Source: Moniliella sp. 'wahieum'
Taxonomy: Eukaryota
NCBI GenBank assembly: GCA_003971905.1
Contig: RSEE01000102.1
Span: 124,001 to 188,000 of the forward strand
Direction: 5' to 3'
DNA: 64,000 bases
The translations under genes and the position numbers were made by a program. The notes under the pieces are model-generated. The model searched no databases. It saw nothing but the letters and a program-made list of their open reading frames with translations, and was not told where the DNA came from. Shown one piece after another: positions 51,625 to 64,000 of this stretch (positions are counted from its first letter, which is position 1; each line of letters begins with the position of its first letter).

Positions 51625-54518
51625 GCTGCGGGTGGCGGGTGGGGAGAGAGGAGAGGAGGAGCCGAGGAGCAGCAGGCGAGGACGAGGAGCCCAACGCGGG
51701 CGAGCGTGGCGGAGTGGCTAGTGCTAGTGAGGGGGGAGCAGCAGACGGGGGGAGCAGACAGCGTCGGAGCGAAGCGGCTGCGAGTGGGTGCGGGGCTTAG
51801 CCTGGGCTTCGCTTAGTGCTTAGTGCCAAGGCAAGTGCTTAACCAGGCGGGCGGTCGTGCGATGCGCCATCTGCATCTGCATCTGCAGGCTGGGCAAGCG
51901 CAGCGCAGCACAGCCCGCACGCCCAACCCCATCAGTGCATCCGCTGCGCCCAGCACTCTGCCCGCGTCCGAGCCGCCGCACCCACCGCTCGCGCCATCGC
52001 CTGCCGTCCTGTGCCGTCCCCCGTCACGCCCCCACACCCACACACGCGCCGTGCCACCCCCGGGTGGCTTGCCGCTTGGCACCCGCCGGGCGGCACCGCA
52101 GCCCTGCGCAGGACTGCGCAGCACGGCGCAGCCCCGGCGCCCGGGCAGTGTGCTTGGCACACGACCGGGGCCCCTCGGCCGTCGCCTCCACGGCGCCCAT
52201 GCATGATGCAGTGCATGATGCTTGCGCCTCGTGTGGGACAGGGGATGCTGCGGGCGCCCCATGCATGATGCCTGCGCAGAGGCAGTGTCCAGTCTTTGCG
52301 GCTGCCACCGCTGTCCGTACTGTCGTACTAGTCCGCCCAGCCTGAAGGCCCAGTGCGAGGGAGACTGAACGTTGAACGTTCAACGGCGCTGGCCTGGAGG
52401 GCTTGGCACTGCGCCGCTGGGCAGCCGACAGTGAACGTGATGCGTGACGCGTGAACGTTGAACATGTTGAACTCAACCAGTGAGATACTGAGATCCAAGA
52501 TGGAGCGGTGCATTCGTTCAGTCCCATGGAGGCTGCCTCGGACTGGCGCGGTGCGCAGCTGCGCCCCCTGCGACCCGGGCGGTGAACGTGGACCGAGGCT
52601 TCCGAGGAGCCTCCACTCTGTGGGCTTCCATCGTGCCTGAGGCCTGAGGCTTACGTTTGGGCCATAGGTAGCCACTAGTCACTGGCTAGTCACCAGTCCT
52701 GGTCTGTCTCGAGATGGCTCAGGCGCTGAGTTGAGCCTCAGCTGAGGGCTCTGCCTGCGCACTCATGCCGAGGCCGATGCTGGCCGATGCTCGATGCGGC
52801 CGATGGATGGACTGAGTAACGACTCATGCATATGCTTGCCCGACCTGACCGGCCGGATGGGTGGACTGATCGATCGGATGACCCAGGTTCGACTGCTGGC
52901 CAATAGATATCGTAGATGCCATCGAGGCCAGTCGCTCGGCCGCGGCACTGGCGCTGCGCTGCCCTGCGCTCGGTCGCGCTCGGCGGGGGGGGGGGCGTAC
53001 ACTGCTCCCCTGCCTTGCCTGCCTGCTCTGCTTCGCTCGCTCTCCATCATGCATCATGCATCACATTTCAGGCGCCAGCAGGCCAGCGTGCCTCCATCCG
53101 TTTTCTTCGGTACGTGCCTCGAACTTACTTCCCTTCGTTACGCGTTACGCGGTACCCGGTACGCTCGCAGAGCCACCTGACCTAGCATGTAGCACCCCGC
53201 CAGCAGCCACTAGCCAATAGCCATCCAATATCCACCATCGACCATTCCATATTCCATGTCGCCCCCCGTGCCAGCCGCTCGGGCAGAGGCGAGAGGGATG
53301 GAGCTTGGGAGGGGTGTTCAAGCTTCAAGCACCCTGGAGTGGCCTGAGAACCCCCAGGTGACCGGTGATCATGACCGATGGTCGCTGCAAGCTACACAAC
53401 CGCTCCACCACTCTTGTCCAAACATGATTGATTGCGACAAGTTGGCCACGTACATGTGCAGACGATCCACCCACGCAGCAGCCCCCACCGTCCGCCACCG
53501 CCACCGCCACCTCCCACCGCCCACCTCCCTATCTCCCCATCTCAGGTCCCACACCTCCCTGGGCTTTCTAACGCGCCAAGCCTTCAGCCAGCCGCACTGC
53601 ATCACACCAAGCTTGAAGCTTTATGCACGTTGCACAAAGCTGCTCGAAAAGCACATACTCCCGCTCCATGATCCACACTCCACGCTCCACGCTCCATGCT
53701 CCACACGCTCTCCCGCCACGCTCCCCCGTCACGCGCCACGCTCCCCCGTCACGCGCCACGCGCCACCACCCCCCTTGTTTGGTCGCCAGGGGTCGCCTTG
53801 GGCCCCTTGAAGCTTGAAGCTTGGAGCTTGGAGCTTCAATTTGAAGCTAGATGCAATCAATGCTTTATCGACTGGATTTGCCCGCTTTTTCCTGCCGGCC
53901 TAGTAGTACTTAGTCCATGCTGCATGCTGCATGCTACCAGCCCAAATCTTGATAAGGCCCACAATGAGTACGTACGGCTGCCGCCGCCGAGAACCATTTT
54001 GCCGCCACCGAGAATCATTTCCTAGCACGAGCCACGAGTTACTAGGCAGCCTAGCGGTAACTAACGAGTAGCCAGTCACCAGTGAGGTTACCTGACCATC
54101 ATCCACATGGCCTCGCGTATCGAGTCTGCATCTGCATACCTGGGAAGCGCAACGCGCAATGGTTAATGGGGGGTGCAGAAACGCATAACCGGTAGCCGCT
54201 AACCTTACCGGTAACCTTACCTCCCTTGCCGCTGCGGCTGTGTCACATGTCAGCGTCATCACTTGGACCACATCACGCATAGTCACGTGACTGACCCACG
54301 TGCGCCCTCTCGTGTCTGCGTCTCTGCATTAACCATTGCTGCACCTACCAGTCCCCCCAGCGCCCTCAGCTGACGACTCTTTGGAAGCTCACCCACCATC
54401 TCATTCTCTCCTTTGCTTTAGCAGCTTGAGCCCACACTTGACTTGTCGACAGACGTGTGGGCCACTCGCCTGCTGCCGCGCCACCCTAGCACGGACCGCC
54501 TACCGTACCTTGGGCCAT

Positions 54519-54965
54519 GATGGCGCCCGCCCCAGCGGACAAACCGTGGAAGCTCATTGACCGTATCATCTCCTCCCAGGTGTTCCCCGCCTGGCTTGCT
54601 CGCCCTGCCATGGGCTAGAGCAAGTGGTACATGCTCATGCAGAAGGGGTTGCTGCAGCGTGGTCTGTGGCACATTCTCGAGAACCGTCCTGCGACAGCCG
54701 ACGAGGTGGCACTCGATTATCAACTGCCCCGCCTGCCTTGCCGTGGGCATGGATGACGAGACCAGGTACATGGTACAGGTCCGATCGGGACACGTGCTGC
54801 GTGTTCCTACGCAACCTGCACCGCCAGTACGGCGACGGGCACGACCCAGCCATGGGAGAAGTGTACCTGCGGCAGTTACTAGTTATACCTAGTTACTGCA
54901 GCTCCAGCCCAAGCGCGGAGAGACGGCGCAGGAAATTTGTTGGTGCACTGAGGCCTGAGGTGCTC
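54519..54965 (+). mobile_element. Ty1/copia Gag-like relic
   Basis: *SKWYMLMQKGLLQRGLWHILE..ACLAVGMDDETRYMV..FLRNLHRQYG..RKFVGALRPE matches the copia Gag pattern W..W...M...L...GLW. Stop codon and frameshifts present. Confidence 0.5.
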
Positions 54966-57499
54966 GCCCGCGATGCGCTCTTGCTCGTCGAGAGCGATTC
55001 GGTGGCTTGTATGACCCTCCCCGCACCGCTCAGCTCTCTCGCCCACCACCGACCAACCTCGCCTCGCGCACCGCACACACACACGCATCCAAGCTGTGCA
55101 CCTCAGTGGCCTCTCGCGCTCGAGCTCCAGCCAACTAGCGTTCCAGCCAGGCGGGATCGCGCCTGCCGCCGTATGGCCAGCGGTCCGGCCAGGCCCGCGC
55201 AAGCGACCACCGTCCAACGGGGGACCGCCTGTCCATCCACCGCTAGCTACGCCTCCCCCAGCCTCGGCGGCACGCGCATCCTCCCCGCCCTTTCTCCCTC
55301 CTGCACCTCCAGAGTCCCTGTCCCCGCCACGGCCGCGGGAGACCGAGGTACACGATGATCGTCCTTGATGACTGTACGCAGTACGCCTGGACGCAGCCGT
55401 TGGTGCGGCAGGACGATGCAACGGTGGCGGTGCAGGTGCTGACGGCGGGACCTTGCTCGTCCTGACGGGCGCCTTGAGACCGTGCGGTGCGAGCATGTCC
55501 CCCCGCTCTACGGCTTTGGAGACGTTTTGTGCTGAGCTAGGCGTGGTGCGGCAGCGTGCGGATGCGCATGCGCGTTCGGACCAAACGCCGTCCGGGGGGA
55601 ATTACACGGCCGGCGCATCACACCGTGCCATGATCCAATCTACCTTGCACTTTGCACCGTGCCTGGAGCATGGTACGGTCCAACGGCTTTGGTCTGGGAC
55701 CAGTGGTCCCACCACAACTTGCTGGCCGCCACGTACGCCGTACGCTGCCAACCAGGCCCCGGCCCCGGTCCCGTCCACGGCCCCAACCCGGGCACCGGGA
55801 ACGGCACCGGGAGCCGGTGGGACAGACAGCCGGTGGCGTACCATGGGGGTTCCACCCCTTGGCTCGGCATGCCAGTGGCCCAGTTGGGTACACTCTCACG
55901 TACCTCCCCGTGCGCCCGCGCTTCAGCCCCACAAGCAAGACCGACACGCGTCCCCCTCCGCGTGCCAAGTCGAAATCGAATCCCGATCCGAATCTGAGCT
56001 CCAAGCCGAACGGCGGGGCCATGCTGGTCTGGGTACGGCCCGGTCGGGGCGGGTCCCAGCGCTGGATATTTGTCGCCCCCTTGACGCAGGGCCAGGGGCG
56101 GGACCAGGTTGGGTCCCGTGGCACCGGCCGTCGCACGCCAGCTTGACCCGTCTCCGGTACACCGAAAAGTACCCTGCTCACTTTTGGCTCTGCCCCGCCT
56201 CGCCTGGTGGTAACTGCGGCATGGGAGCAATGCGCGGGAGGCGAAGAGCTTGCCTGTGGTGTGATATGTGGCGGGTTGCTTGTTGCTTGTTGCTTGTTAT
56301 ATGGCTACACACGCACACTCTGTCCCCTGGTTGTGATCTTATATGAAAAAACTTATATGACCCTGTTTTTCTCTTTCTTCAAACTTGAAGCTTGAACAGC
56401 TTGTCACCGCGAGTTGTGGTAGACGTCGCATGTGTTGTTGCTTCTCCTTCTCTCAGGTTACTAGATGGTTTCAGGAGCTAACAACAACCTTACCTTATAG
56501 TATATCTCTGACAGCTGGATCTTCCTCGTTATGCATAGACAAGGATGGTAGATATATCATTGATCTTTCGACTATTTGTACTCCTCTGTTGTGCTTTTTC
56601 AGTATATTTTTTCCTTCCTCACTTCCCTCTTCCGCCTCTCTGATGCTTTCTGATTGCTTTTTTTGTTACGCGGCGCTCCATTTATCTCCGGACCGCATGT
56701 CGTAAACATTTTCTCATCCGAATACGCTTCAGCCTCGTTAGACTAGCGAGAGAGAGAGCAGAAGGAACCTTAACCATGCTGCGGATACTTTCAGTATAGC
56801 GCTTGCTCTTCTTTAGGACTCCGTCTGATCCCGCCTATAGAGCGCGTCGAGTATGGAGGGAACAGCGTTACCGGTAAGGTTACCCGGAGCTCTGGACCCT
56901 TCAACTGGTCCGACAGTCTACGTACGCGGCTCTTACCTCAGAGGGTCTGTCTGAGTTGCGGCCTTTGCACGCACAGGTGGGTCTCTCCCTCGCTCTACAC
57001 TCGCTCGGGTCAACCAGGATCTGAGGCAGGACCTGACGTACGAGACTCCGATTGGCCTGTCCAGGGTTTAACGTTTCTACCCCCAAACTACAGGGGCAGT
57101 GGGCCCCACCTCGCCCCCCGTCATTGACGCTTTTGTCCCTTTGCATTCCGCCAACTTCCAAAAGCATCTCCACAGATATATGTGGGGTTTTGGGGCCAGA
57201 AGCGTACAAGAATCCATGTCAGACTCTTCTCTCGTGTCGCAGTGCACAACTCTTCTCTGCTGATCCCTTATCTGGCAGGAAGCGGGGGGCATCTTGGGGA
57301 TGGCGCCGTGGCAAGCGGGCATTGTGGGAGAGGGTGTATAAGATGAGGGTACGAAGACGGTTCTCCGCGCCTTGTGATGAGGATGCTGCGCTGAAATCGG
57401 TGCAATTGCGATGTGGCTCTCACGCTGCAGGCGGGATTGGACCAGCGACCCTAACGCACCCAACCACCCCACCCGTCCGCTCCTCCACCCCACCCCGCC

Positions 57500-60134
57500 A
57501 TGTCTGCGCCCCCCATCCCGCCCCCCCCACCGCACCCGCAGCAGCAGCACCGCCACCACCACCACCACCACCGCGCCTCCTCCGCCTCCCAAACCACCAC
57601 CACCACACCCCCGCCCGCCGGGGCACTGCCCTTGCCGTACCAGCCGCGCCAGCGCCCCCGCGTCCTCCGCGTCCTCCGCCCCCGCCCCGTCCGCCGACCC
57701 ACATCCCCCCGCCCAGTCCCCCTCCGTCCCGCCCCCCCACGCCCTTCCTCCGCCACACGCGCGCCCCTCTCCCTCCCGGCCACCCCAGCCGGCCGCGAGG
57801 AGGCGGTGCCCTGCGCGAGCGCACAGGCCGCCTGCTCGCACGCGGCGAGAATACCTCGCCACCCGCGACTGGCGTGGCCTCGGCTCCAGTGCCAAGTCGC
57901 GTCTTGGAGGCCTCCTCCATGGCGATGGCGCGCGCGATGCCAGCCCCCCGCCGGGGATGCGGCCATGGCGGACGGTGACGCCAATTTTACTCCCTGGCTT
58001 TGCGCTGGCCCACCCAGACGCCGCGGCTACCGACACTGCGCTCAGCATCTATTGCCATGGCATCGTCTTCGCCTGCCTCAGACACCCGGTACCAGGCAGA
58101 AGCTCTTCAACACTATGGCTCGCCAGGTATGCCCCCCCCCCCCCCCCCCCAGAACCCGCAGAACCCGTTCGCCTCGCTTCTCTTCGCTTGGCACCTCGCT
58201 GACCCCGTCGCCTTTCTTCGCAGCTCGCCGGTATTCCCAAGACCCCACAGCCTACTCGTTCCGTCACCCTTTCTACCCCTGCCTCCCCAATCGAGCCGGA
58301 GTAGCCTGGCGCAATCCCGTGACCTCTTCGATGCGCCATTAGCTGACGAACCCGAGTCGGAGCTCGACGCCGACTGGGACGAGGGCGTGCCAGACGCTGC
58401 GTCCGCCCATCCCGGCCTGCCCACTTCCAACGGTGTATCTGCTGCCCCATCTCCACCCCAGCCGCGAGGGACGCCATCCAAGCGCCTCTCCACACTCCAA
58501 CGACTCTCCACCTTACCCGCCAAAGCGGAAGCAGCGTGGCTCGGCGGCGGCGCCGGTACCCACACTGGTCTTGTCCCGGGCCCCGCTACCGGCCCCCATT
58601 CTCCTGGCTCAGGCTCCATCTGGGCCGGCCGTTCGGCCGAAGAGTTGGAGGTGCTGCGGTTCAACCTCGAATCCCGCTTGCACGAGTTTTGGTCGTACCG
58701 AGTGGAATGGTGTCCCATGACCATGAGGTGCAACCTCTCCTGCGCCGGCCTCCTCGCCCCCGGGCGCCCCCATCCTCCCGCCACCTCGCCCGCACGGGTC
58801 CCCCTTGTTGGCCGTAACTTCGACCCGGGCCGGCACGGGAGGCGTGTTTGATGTGACGCTTTCGGTTTCGCGCACCAAACGGGACGAGTTTATGACCAAG
58901 GTTTACCCGGGCCACAGCTGGGACGAGGTGGAGACACTCCAGGTGCGTGCGGTGCTTGGATCGGTCGAAGGGGCTGGGGTACCCAGCCCTCGTTTGCTGG
59001 CAAGGCGACAGGCTGGATGCGCGTGGGCATCACGCATGACGGGCCGGGCCAGGTACGGGTCGTGTCGGACATTGACGATACGCTCAAGGTGACCGAAGTG
59101 ACTGCGGGGATGCGAACCGTGTTCCAAAATGTGTTTGTGCGCAACTACACTGAGGTACTGGTGCCTGGGATGTGCGATTGGCTCACCGCCATGGCCAAGG
59201 AAAACGTTGGCATCCATTACCTGTCCAATGCACCCAATGAGCTCCATTCCGTCGTCCAAGACTTTTTGACCGCCAACCAATTCCCATCCGGCCATGTCCA
59301 CTTGAAAGATTACCCCAGCGGGCCGTTTGACCTGCTCAATTCCTGGCTCGAGCCCGCCGGCGAACGCAAACGACCTGCCTTGAACCGCATCCTCTCTGCC
59401 TTCCCCAACAGCCGCTTTGTCTTGCTCGGCGACTCGGGCGAACTGGACCTCGACATTTACACTTCTCTCGCCATGGAACACCCCCATCGCATTTGCGCCA
59501 TCTATATCCGTGACGTGCATTCTCCACGGGCGCTGGACAACCCCGACTCAATCCGTGTGGCACGCTTGTTGGCGCAGCGCAATCGCCGGATCGGCTTTGC
59601 TACCTCGTACGATGCCCAAGCCCTGGCGCAGGACCTGCCCTTTGGCCCGGACCGCCGCCAAGGCCGGGCCACCGAGCCCAAGCACAGCCGCACCCCGACG
59701 ACAACGATGAAGGCTGGCCGCCGTTGGTGGAAGGCTACCCGTTTCCCGGGAGCAAGTTTAGCAACTTACTCTTCACCCTGCCTCCGCCATATGGAAGCGC
59801 GCCTCCGCTTCTGCCTGAAGGCGATGTGCCCGGGGACGACAGTGCCCACACCCCCGTAAACGCTCCCCCCACGAACTATTTTACATCCGTGTCCGCCGCG
59901 CCGTCGAACTTCTCCCTCCCACCACCCTCCTCACCGTCTTTGGCCGTCAAGACCCCACCCCCGTTGCTGAAGCGCTCAGCGTGGTCCACCGTGGCCGGCA
60001 GCATCGCTCTTGACCCGGCAAGAAGAATAGCACTTGAGCAGAGGATTGGTCCGAATCAAGTGGTGCGTGGACGGGGCGTGTGGGGCGAGACAAGGGAGAA
60101 GGGAGAAGGAAGAGGGGAGAGGGGAGAGGGATGA
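57500..60134 (+). CDS. APP1: App1-family phosphatidate phosphatase
   Basis: VRVVSDIDDTLK (DxDxT), VPGMCDW, IHYLSNAP, FPSGHVHLK, RKRP..ILSAFPNSRFVLLGDSGELDLDIY..IYIRDV. Confidence 0.88.
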
Positions 60135-60321
60135 AGGCTATCTGATCTGTATGATCACAGTTGTATGTATGTGAAGGTCCGCTTGGTACGGCACGTGTCT
60201 AGGGTATGCAATGCAGACGGGCTCCGAGGGCAAGGAGAAGAACAATCCTAGGCGGGCTGGATTCAAGCAAGGGGCGGAGCACGGCAGGGGAGAGGTTAGA
60301 GCATCCTTGCCGAGACAGTAT

Positions 60322-63300
60322 CTAGATCCCCCACTTGGCCACTGCGCTCTGGACGATGACTGCGTTCCAATCGGGTTCGCTGCGTGGGTCGTCGATGGAT
60401 CGGCGAAGCAGGCCCTCCTGGGCAGTGCGTTTGCGAGTAAGAATGTGCCGTAGCTGGGCGCGGAACTGGCGGAGACATGCGTCGGGGTGGGCCAGGCCGC
60501 CTTCGGGCGCGGCCGGTGGCCCAGCAGCCACAAGCGCATCCAGGCCGGCCGAGATGAGTTCGACGAGGCTGTTGAGGAAGCGCGCTTGGATCTGCTCGAC
60601 ACCATGCTCAAAGTAGTACAGGTACTGGTCCAGCGCCGAGCAAAAGATCTCGACCGTCGAGCGCTCGTCAATGCAGCTGTTGGCGATCCGCAGTGCCTTT
60701 TGCAGACACTCCAGCACACGCTTCCCATCCCGCAACAAGGGCTGCGGGCCATGCGGCCGCCGGTCCCACGTCCCATTCGACCCGGCCTCCAGCGTGTGCA
60801 GCGCCGCCTCGGCCACCGCCGCTCCCATCCGCTCTCCCGACGGCGCCAGCGTCTTTCCCACCTCGGCACCGCCATACGCTTCGGTCTGCCACCACAGGTG
60901 CGAGGCCATGAGCACGGCCGTGGCCTGGTGCGGCTTTTTGAGTAACTTGGCCCCATGCAGCGTCGCCTTGGTGATCAGCCGATCGTAGTTCTCCTCCCCG
61001 AACCCACGCGCCGTGTGGAGGGTGGAGATGACGAGGCCAATCGCCTGCAACTGCGCACGCGACTCACTGATCGATTCCTCGTACACCGTGAACGCCTGCA
61101 CATAAAACTCATACGCTTGCTCCTCAAACCCACACGCATCCGCACTCTGCGCCACTAGCAGGTACAACCGCAAGCACAGATCCGACACTGAGTTGGACTC
61201 GATCCGCGTGTAGAGCAGACCAATGATTTGGTGCACAAACTTGTACAGCGCCTCCATCTTGCGTGCCCACGCACTCCATCCACTGCCACTGCCACTGCCA
61301 CTGCCACTGTCACTGCCTGCGTGCCGGCCGTCTCGGTCGCCGCCACGTTCTCCCGCAACTTGAACCGGCGCGCCAGTTGGACCGTGGCAAAGACAAGTGT
61401 GGGCAACGTAAAGCGGATCCGGTCGCCGCCCTGGATAAAGTGCGTGCGTGCCGTTTGGAGCAAGACGAATTGTGTTTCCACATCTTCCGCCCGGAAGAGG
61501 TGGACCAAGCGCGCCAGCCAGCCTTGCTCTTCCTTCACCTCTTCCGCCTCGGCGGCCGTGACGGGCGCAGACAGGCGCGTCGTCCCCGTCGCCACAGCTT
61601 GGCTCTCCCGCGGCGGCACCACCAACGTCCCGCACAACGACAAGATCCCTTCCACATCTTCCGCCGTCGCTAGCACCGTCTCGTTCTTGAGGGTGGAGCG
61701 GACAATGGCTTGGGCAATGTGTTTGTGCGTCGCGAACGGCTGGAGAGCCAGGAGCGTAGGGTAGTGCGGCAGCGCAAGCAAGGTGAGGGTGGATGTGTAG
61801 GCTTCGATCGGCAAGGCCAGTACTTGGTCAAGTTCTTCTGCGTCTCATCGGCCAAAAGGAGCGGGTCGTTGGCTTGCGCATGCGCTTCCACATGCGCCGC
61901 AGCAAAGCCCAACACTTGGTCCACATACTCCAATCGGTCCGGATAACACGACAAGCTCAGCTGCAACAGCGATACCAGCAGCGCCGTCACATCGGGCAAG
62001 GATAGGTCCGGCCGGGCCTGGATCAGATTCACCACCTGCGCCCAAAATACCTCGAACAACGGCACGTTCACCGGTACCCCGCGGAACTTTTCCACATTCT
62101 CGTCCAGCTCATCCAGCTCCTCAATCGCAGGTGCCGGTGCTGGCGTTGGTGGTACAGGTCCACCGCCCCGATGGCAGCCCGGACCGCATCTCCTGTCCTC
62201 CCGCCGAGACGGTCGACCCCGATCGCGGACGAGGCGTCTGTCCATTCGCGTTCCCATCCCCTTCCCAGCCACTTGCGTTGTCGGGATGAGAGGGCGGCTG
62301 GGCCGAGGATGGGCTTGCAGCGGCGACGGCGGCGGCAGCACCAGATTGTTCAAACAGGCTCTCCGCGTCCCCTGCCTCTTGCTTGGCATGAGCAGCGAAG
62401 CGGGGTTGGGTCGAGCTCGAGCCATCGGGCACAGCAGTGCCCTTGGTGGCGAAAGCGGCCCCAGGAGATCCTGGCATAGCTCCAGCTTGGCGGGCCGCAA
62501 GGCGCAATTGACGTGTCTTTTCGGCCAAGCGCTGGGTTGCCAGCTGTTCCTGCCTTCGGATCTCGTCTGCATTGTCGTTCTCCGCTTCGCGCTGGGCGTA
62601 GGCAGCGATGCGGTTGATCAGTGCAATCACAATTCCTTTGATGTTGACCTTGGGATGGAGCTTGGAACAGGCCTGGAGGAAAGGACTGAGGGTGCGGATG
62701 TGAAAGTCGTCGGGGAAGACTTGGATCACCACCTCCATCAGGTACTCTTGCGCAATCACATCTTTGCAGTTGACCACCTGCTCCAGAATGGCAGGCAGGA
62801 TGACTTGGCGGTACAGCGGGAGCCCCACGCCTTCCAGCTCGGACAGACGCACAAGGTTGGTCCCGATGAGGATGCGCAGTTCGCGGCGCTCCGACTCGCG
62901 GCGCTCCCGTTCGCGCGACGGGCCCTGGTGCTGCAACCGCACCCAGAGCTTGTTCATCTCAATAAAGTTGGTCAGCACAAACCCGATCGAGTCCTGCAGG
63001 CTGCCCTCGGGCCGAGACTGGTGCCGGTGGGCAAGTGGTCGCGGTCACGCCGGACAGGTAGTTGCGCAAGAACAGGCCCCGGGTCGGGTGCTGCACGCCC
63101 CGCTCATCTCCATCATGTCGCGCATGATCTCCTGCACGGGCGCATCGGGAATCGACATGTACACGCCGCCCACTGTGATCATGAGGTAGAGGCGCGGGAC
63201 GATGCTGCCGCAGTACTGCACCAGCTCGTACAGCTCGGCCAGGTGGTGGCGGCCATCGAGGTGGGCGTCGCGGAGGTAGGCGAGGCGAGGTGGCGCAGCG

Positions 63301-63577
63301 CATCAAACACAGGCACATCTGCAGGCACGCGCACGCGCACGCGCACAGACAGACAGGTCAGCACCGCGCAGCAGCCACTGCGGTGGACGGCAGGGGACAT
63401 ACACAGGTCGTAGTACGCCTTGGGCGACAGGGCCGAGGTGCGCAGCTCGGCGAGCATGGTGCTGGCGGCCTTGAGTGCGTCCATGAGCTGGTCGGCGTCG
63501 AGGCAGTGCACCATCTGGGCCAGCTGGATGCGGATGGAGTGGGTGGCCTCGGCGATGACCTTGGCGGCATCGTCCAT
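60322..63577 (-). CDS. VPS35: Retromer subunit Vps35
   Basis: [28 protein letters not shown], intron 63402-63319, [74 protein letters not shown]. Confidence 0.96.
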
Positions 63578-63779
63578 GGCGGCGGCGGCGGATGGGGGGG
63601 GTGGGGGGAGGCGGCGGTGATCGATGGGATGGGTTGCGTCGGGCGGGTTATCTTGATGTACGCGCTTCACATGGGGCCTGCTAGGGTTGCCCCTCTCTCG
63701 ACCAGTGCGCCGTCGGCCTCATGACGTCGGCGCCCCATCGACCATCCATCCATCCCATCTCGTCGCCACCGCCACCGCC

Positions 63780-64000
63780 ATGAGCGACGCGTCCGCTGCG
63801 CTGCAGCAGCTCCTCGCCATCGTCGACGCCCAGGACGCCGCCTCGGTTGCGCGCGCATCCCACATCCTCGCCGCCCACAACAACAACCTCCCGGCCGCCA
63901 TCGAGGCCTGGTTTGCCCCGGCGGCGGAGCCCGATGTGCCCCTCGCGCGCCCGCCTGCGCCCCAACCGGCGCCTCAGCCCGCGCCCCAACCTGAGCAACC
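63780..64000 (+). CDS. 5' end of a UBA-like-domain protein (possibly UBX family), truncated by the window edge
   Basis: MSDASAALQQLLAIVDAQD...ASHILAAHNNNLPAAIEAWF fits the UBA-like pattern L....NL..AI..F. Confidence 0.55.
   Translation, partial: MSDASAALQQLLAIVDAQDAASVARASHILAAHNNNLPAAIEAWFAPAAEPDVPLARPPAPQPAPQPAPQPEQ

Noticed and set aside
51800..54400. Many 60-180 aa ORFs upstream of the IPC synthase gene
   Set aside because: Low-complexity GC-rich shadow ORFs with no motifs. No tRNA or rRNA gene was recognised here or elsewhere in the window.
5844..54900. Heptamer arrays as bZIP sites or as three-frame stop-codon cassettes
   Set aside because: TGA/TAA half-sites and period 7 fit superficially, but neither idea explains why the linker is self-complementary yet otherwise free in sequence.
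56402..56870. AT-rich LTR-like segment starting TGTCAC
   Set aside because: No matching CA terminus or TSD found.

Overview
Eukaryotic, fungal DNA. The protein signatures and GT..AG introns with CTGAC/CTAAC branch points point to a basidiomycete; the class cannot be determined. The assembly looks like unpolished long reads, because most conserved genes carry 1-bp frameshifts. GC-rich gene islands encode Yra1, a CorA/Alr1 Mg2+ transporter, a Pcl/Clg1-type cyclin, a strongly diverged Pkc1-like kinase, a family-16 methyltransferase, a diverged Ssn6/Cyc8-like TPR protein, endosulfine, MsrA, a Sel1-repeat CAAX protein (Chs4/Skt5 type), an Aur1-family IPC synthase, App1 PA phosphatase, Vps35 and the start of a UBA-like protein. 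The intergenic DNA holds decayed mobile elements: three pieces of one CRE-like (RLE) non-LTR family, two solo LTRs with perfect 5-bp TSDs, and a copia gag relic. The most unusual signal is a window-wide intergenic 'grammar' of 7-bp tandem units made of a TNA trinucleotide plus a self-complementary 4-mer, seen with at least 13 different cores. It looks like the footprint of an uncharacterised mutational or repair process. Gene boundaries are approximate where frameshifts and introns intervene.
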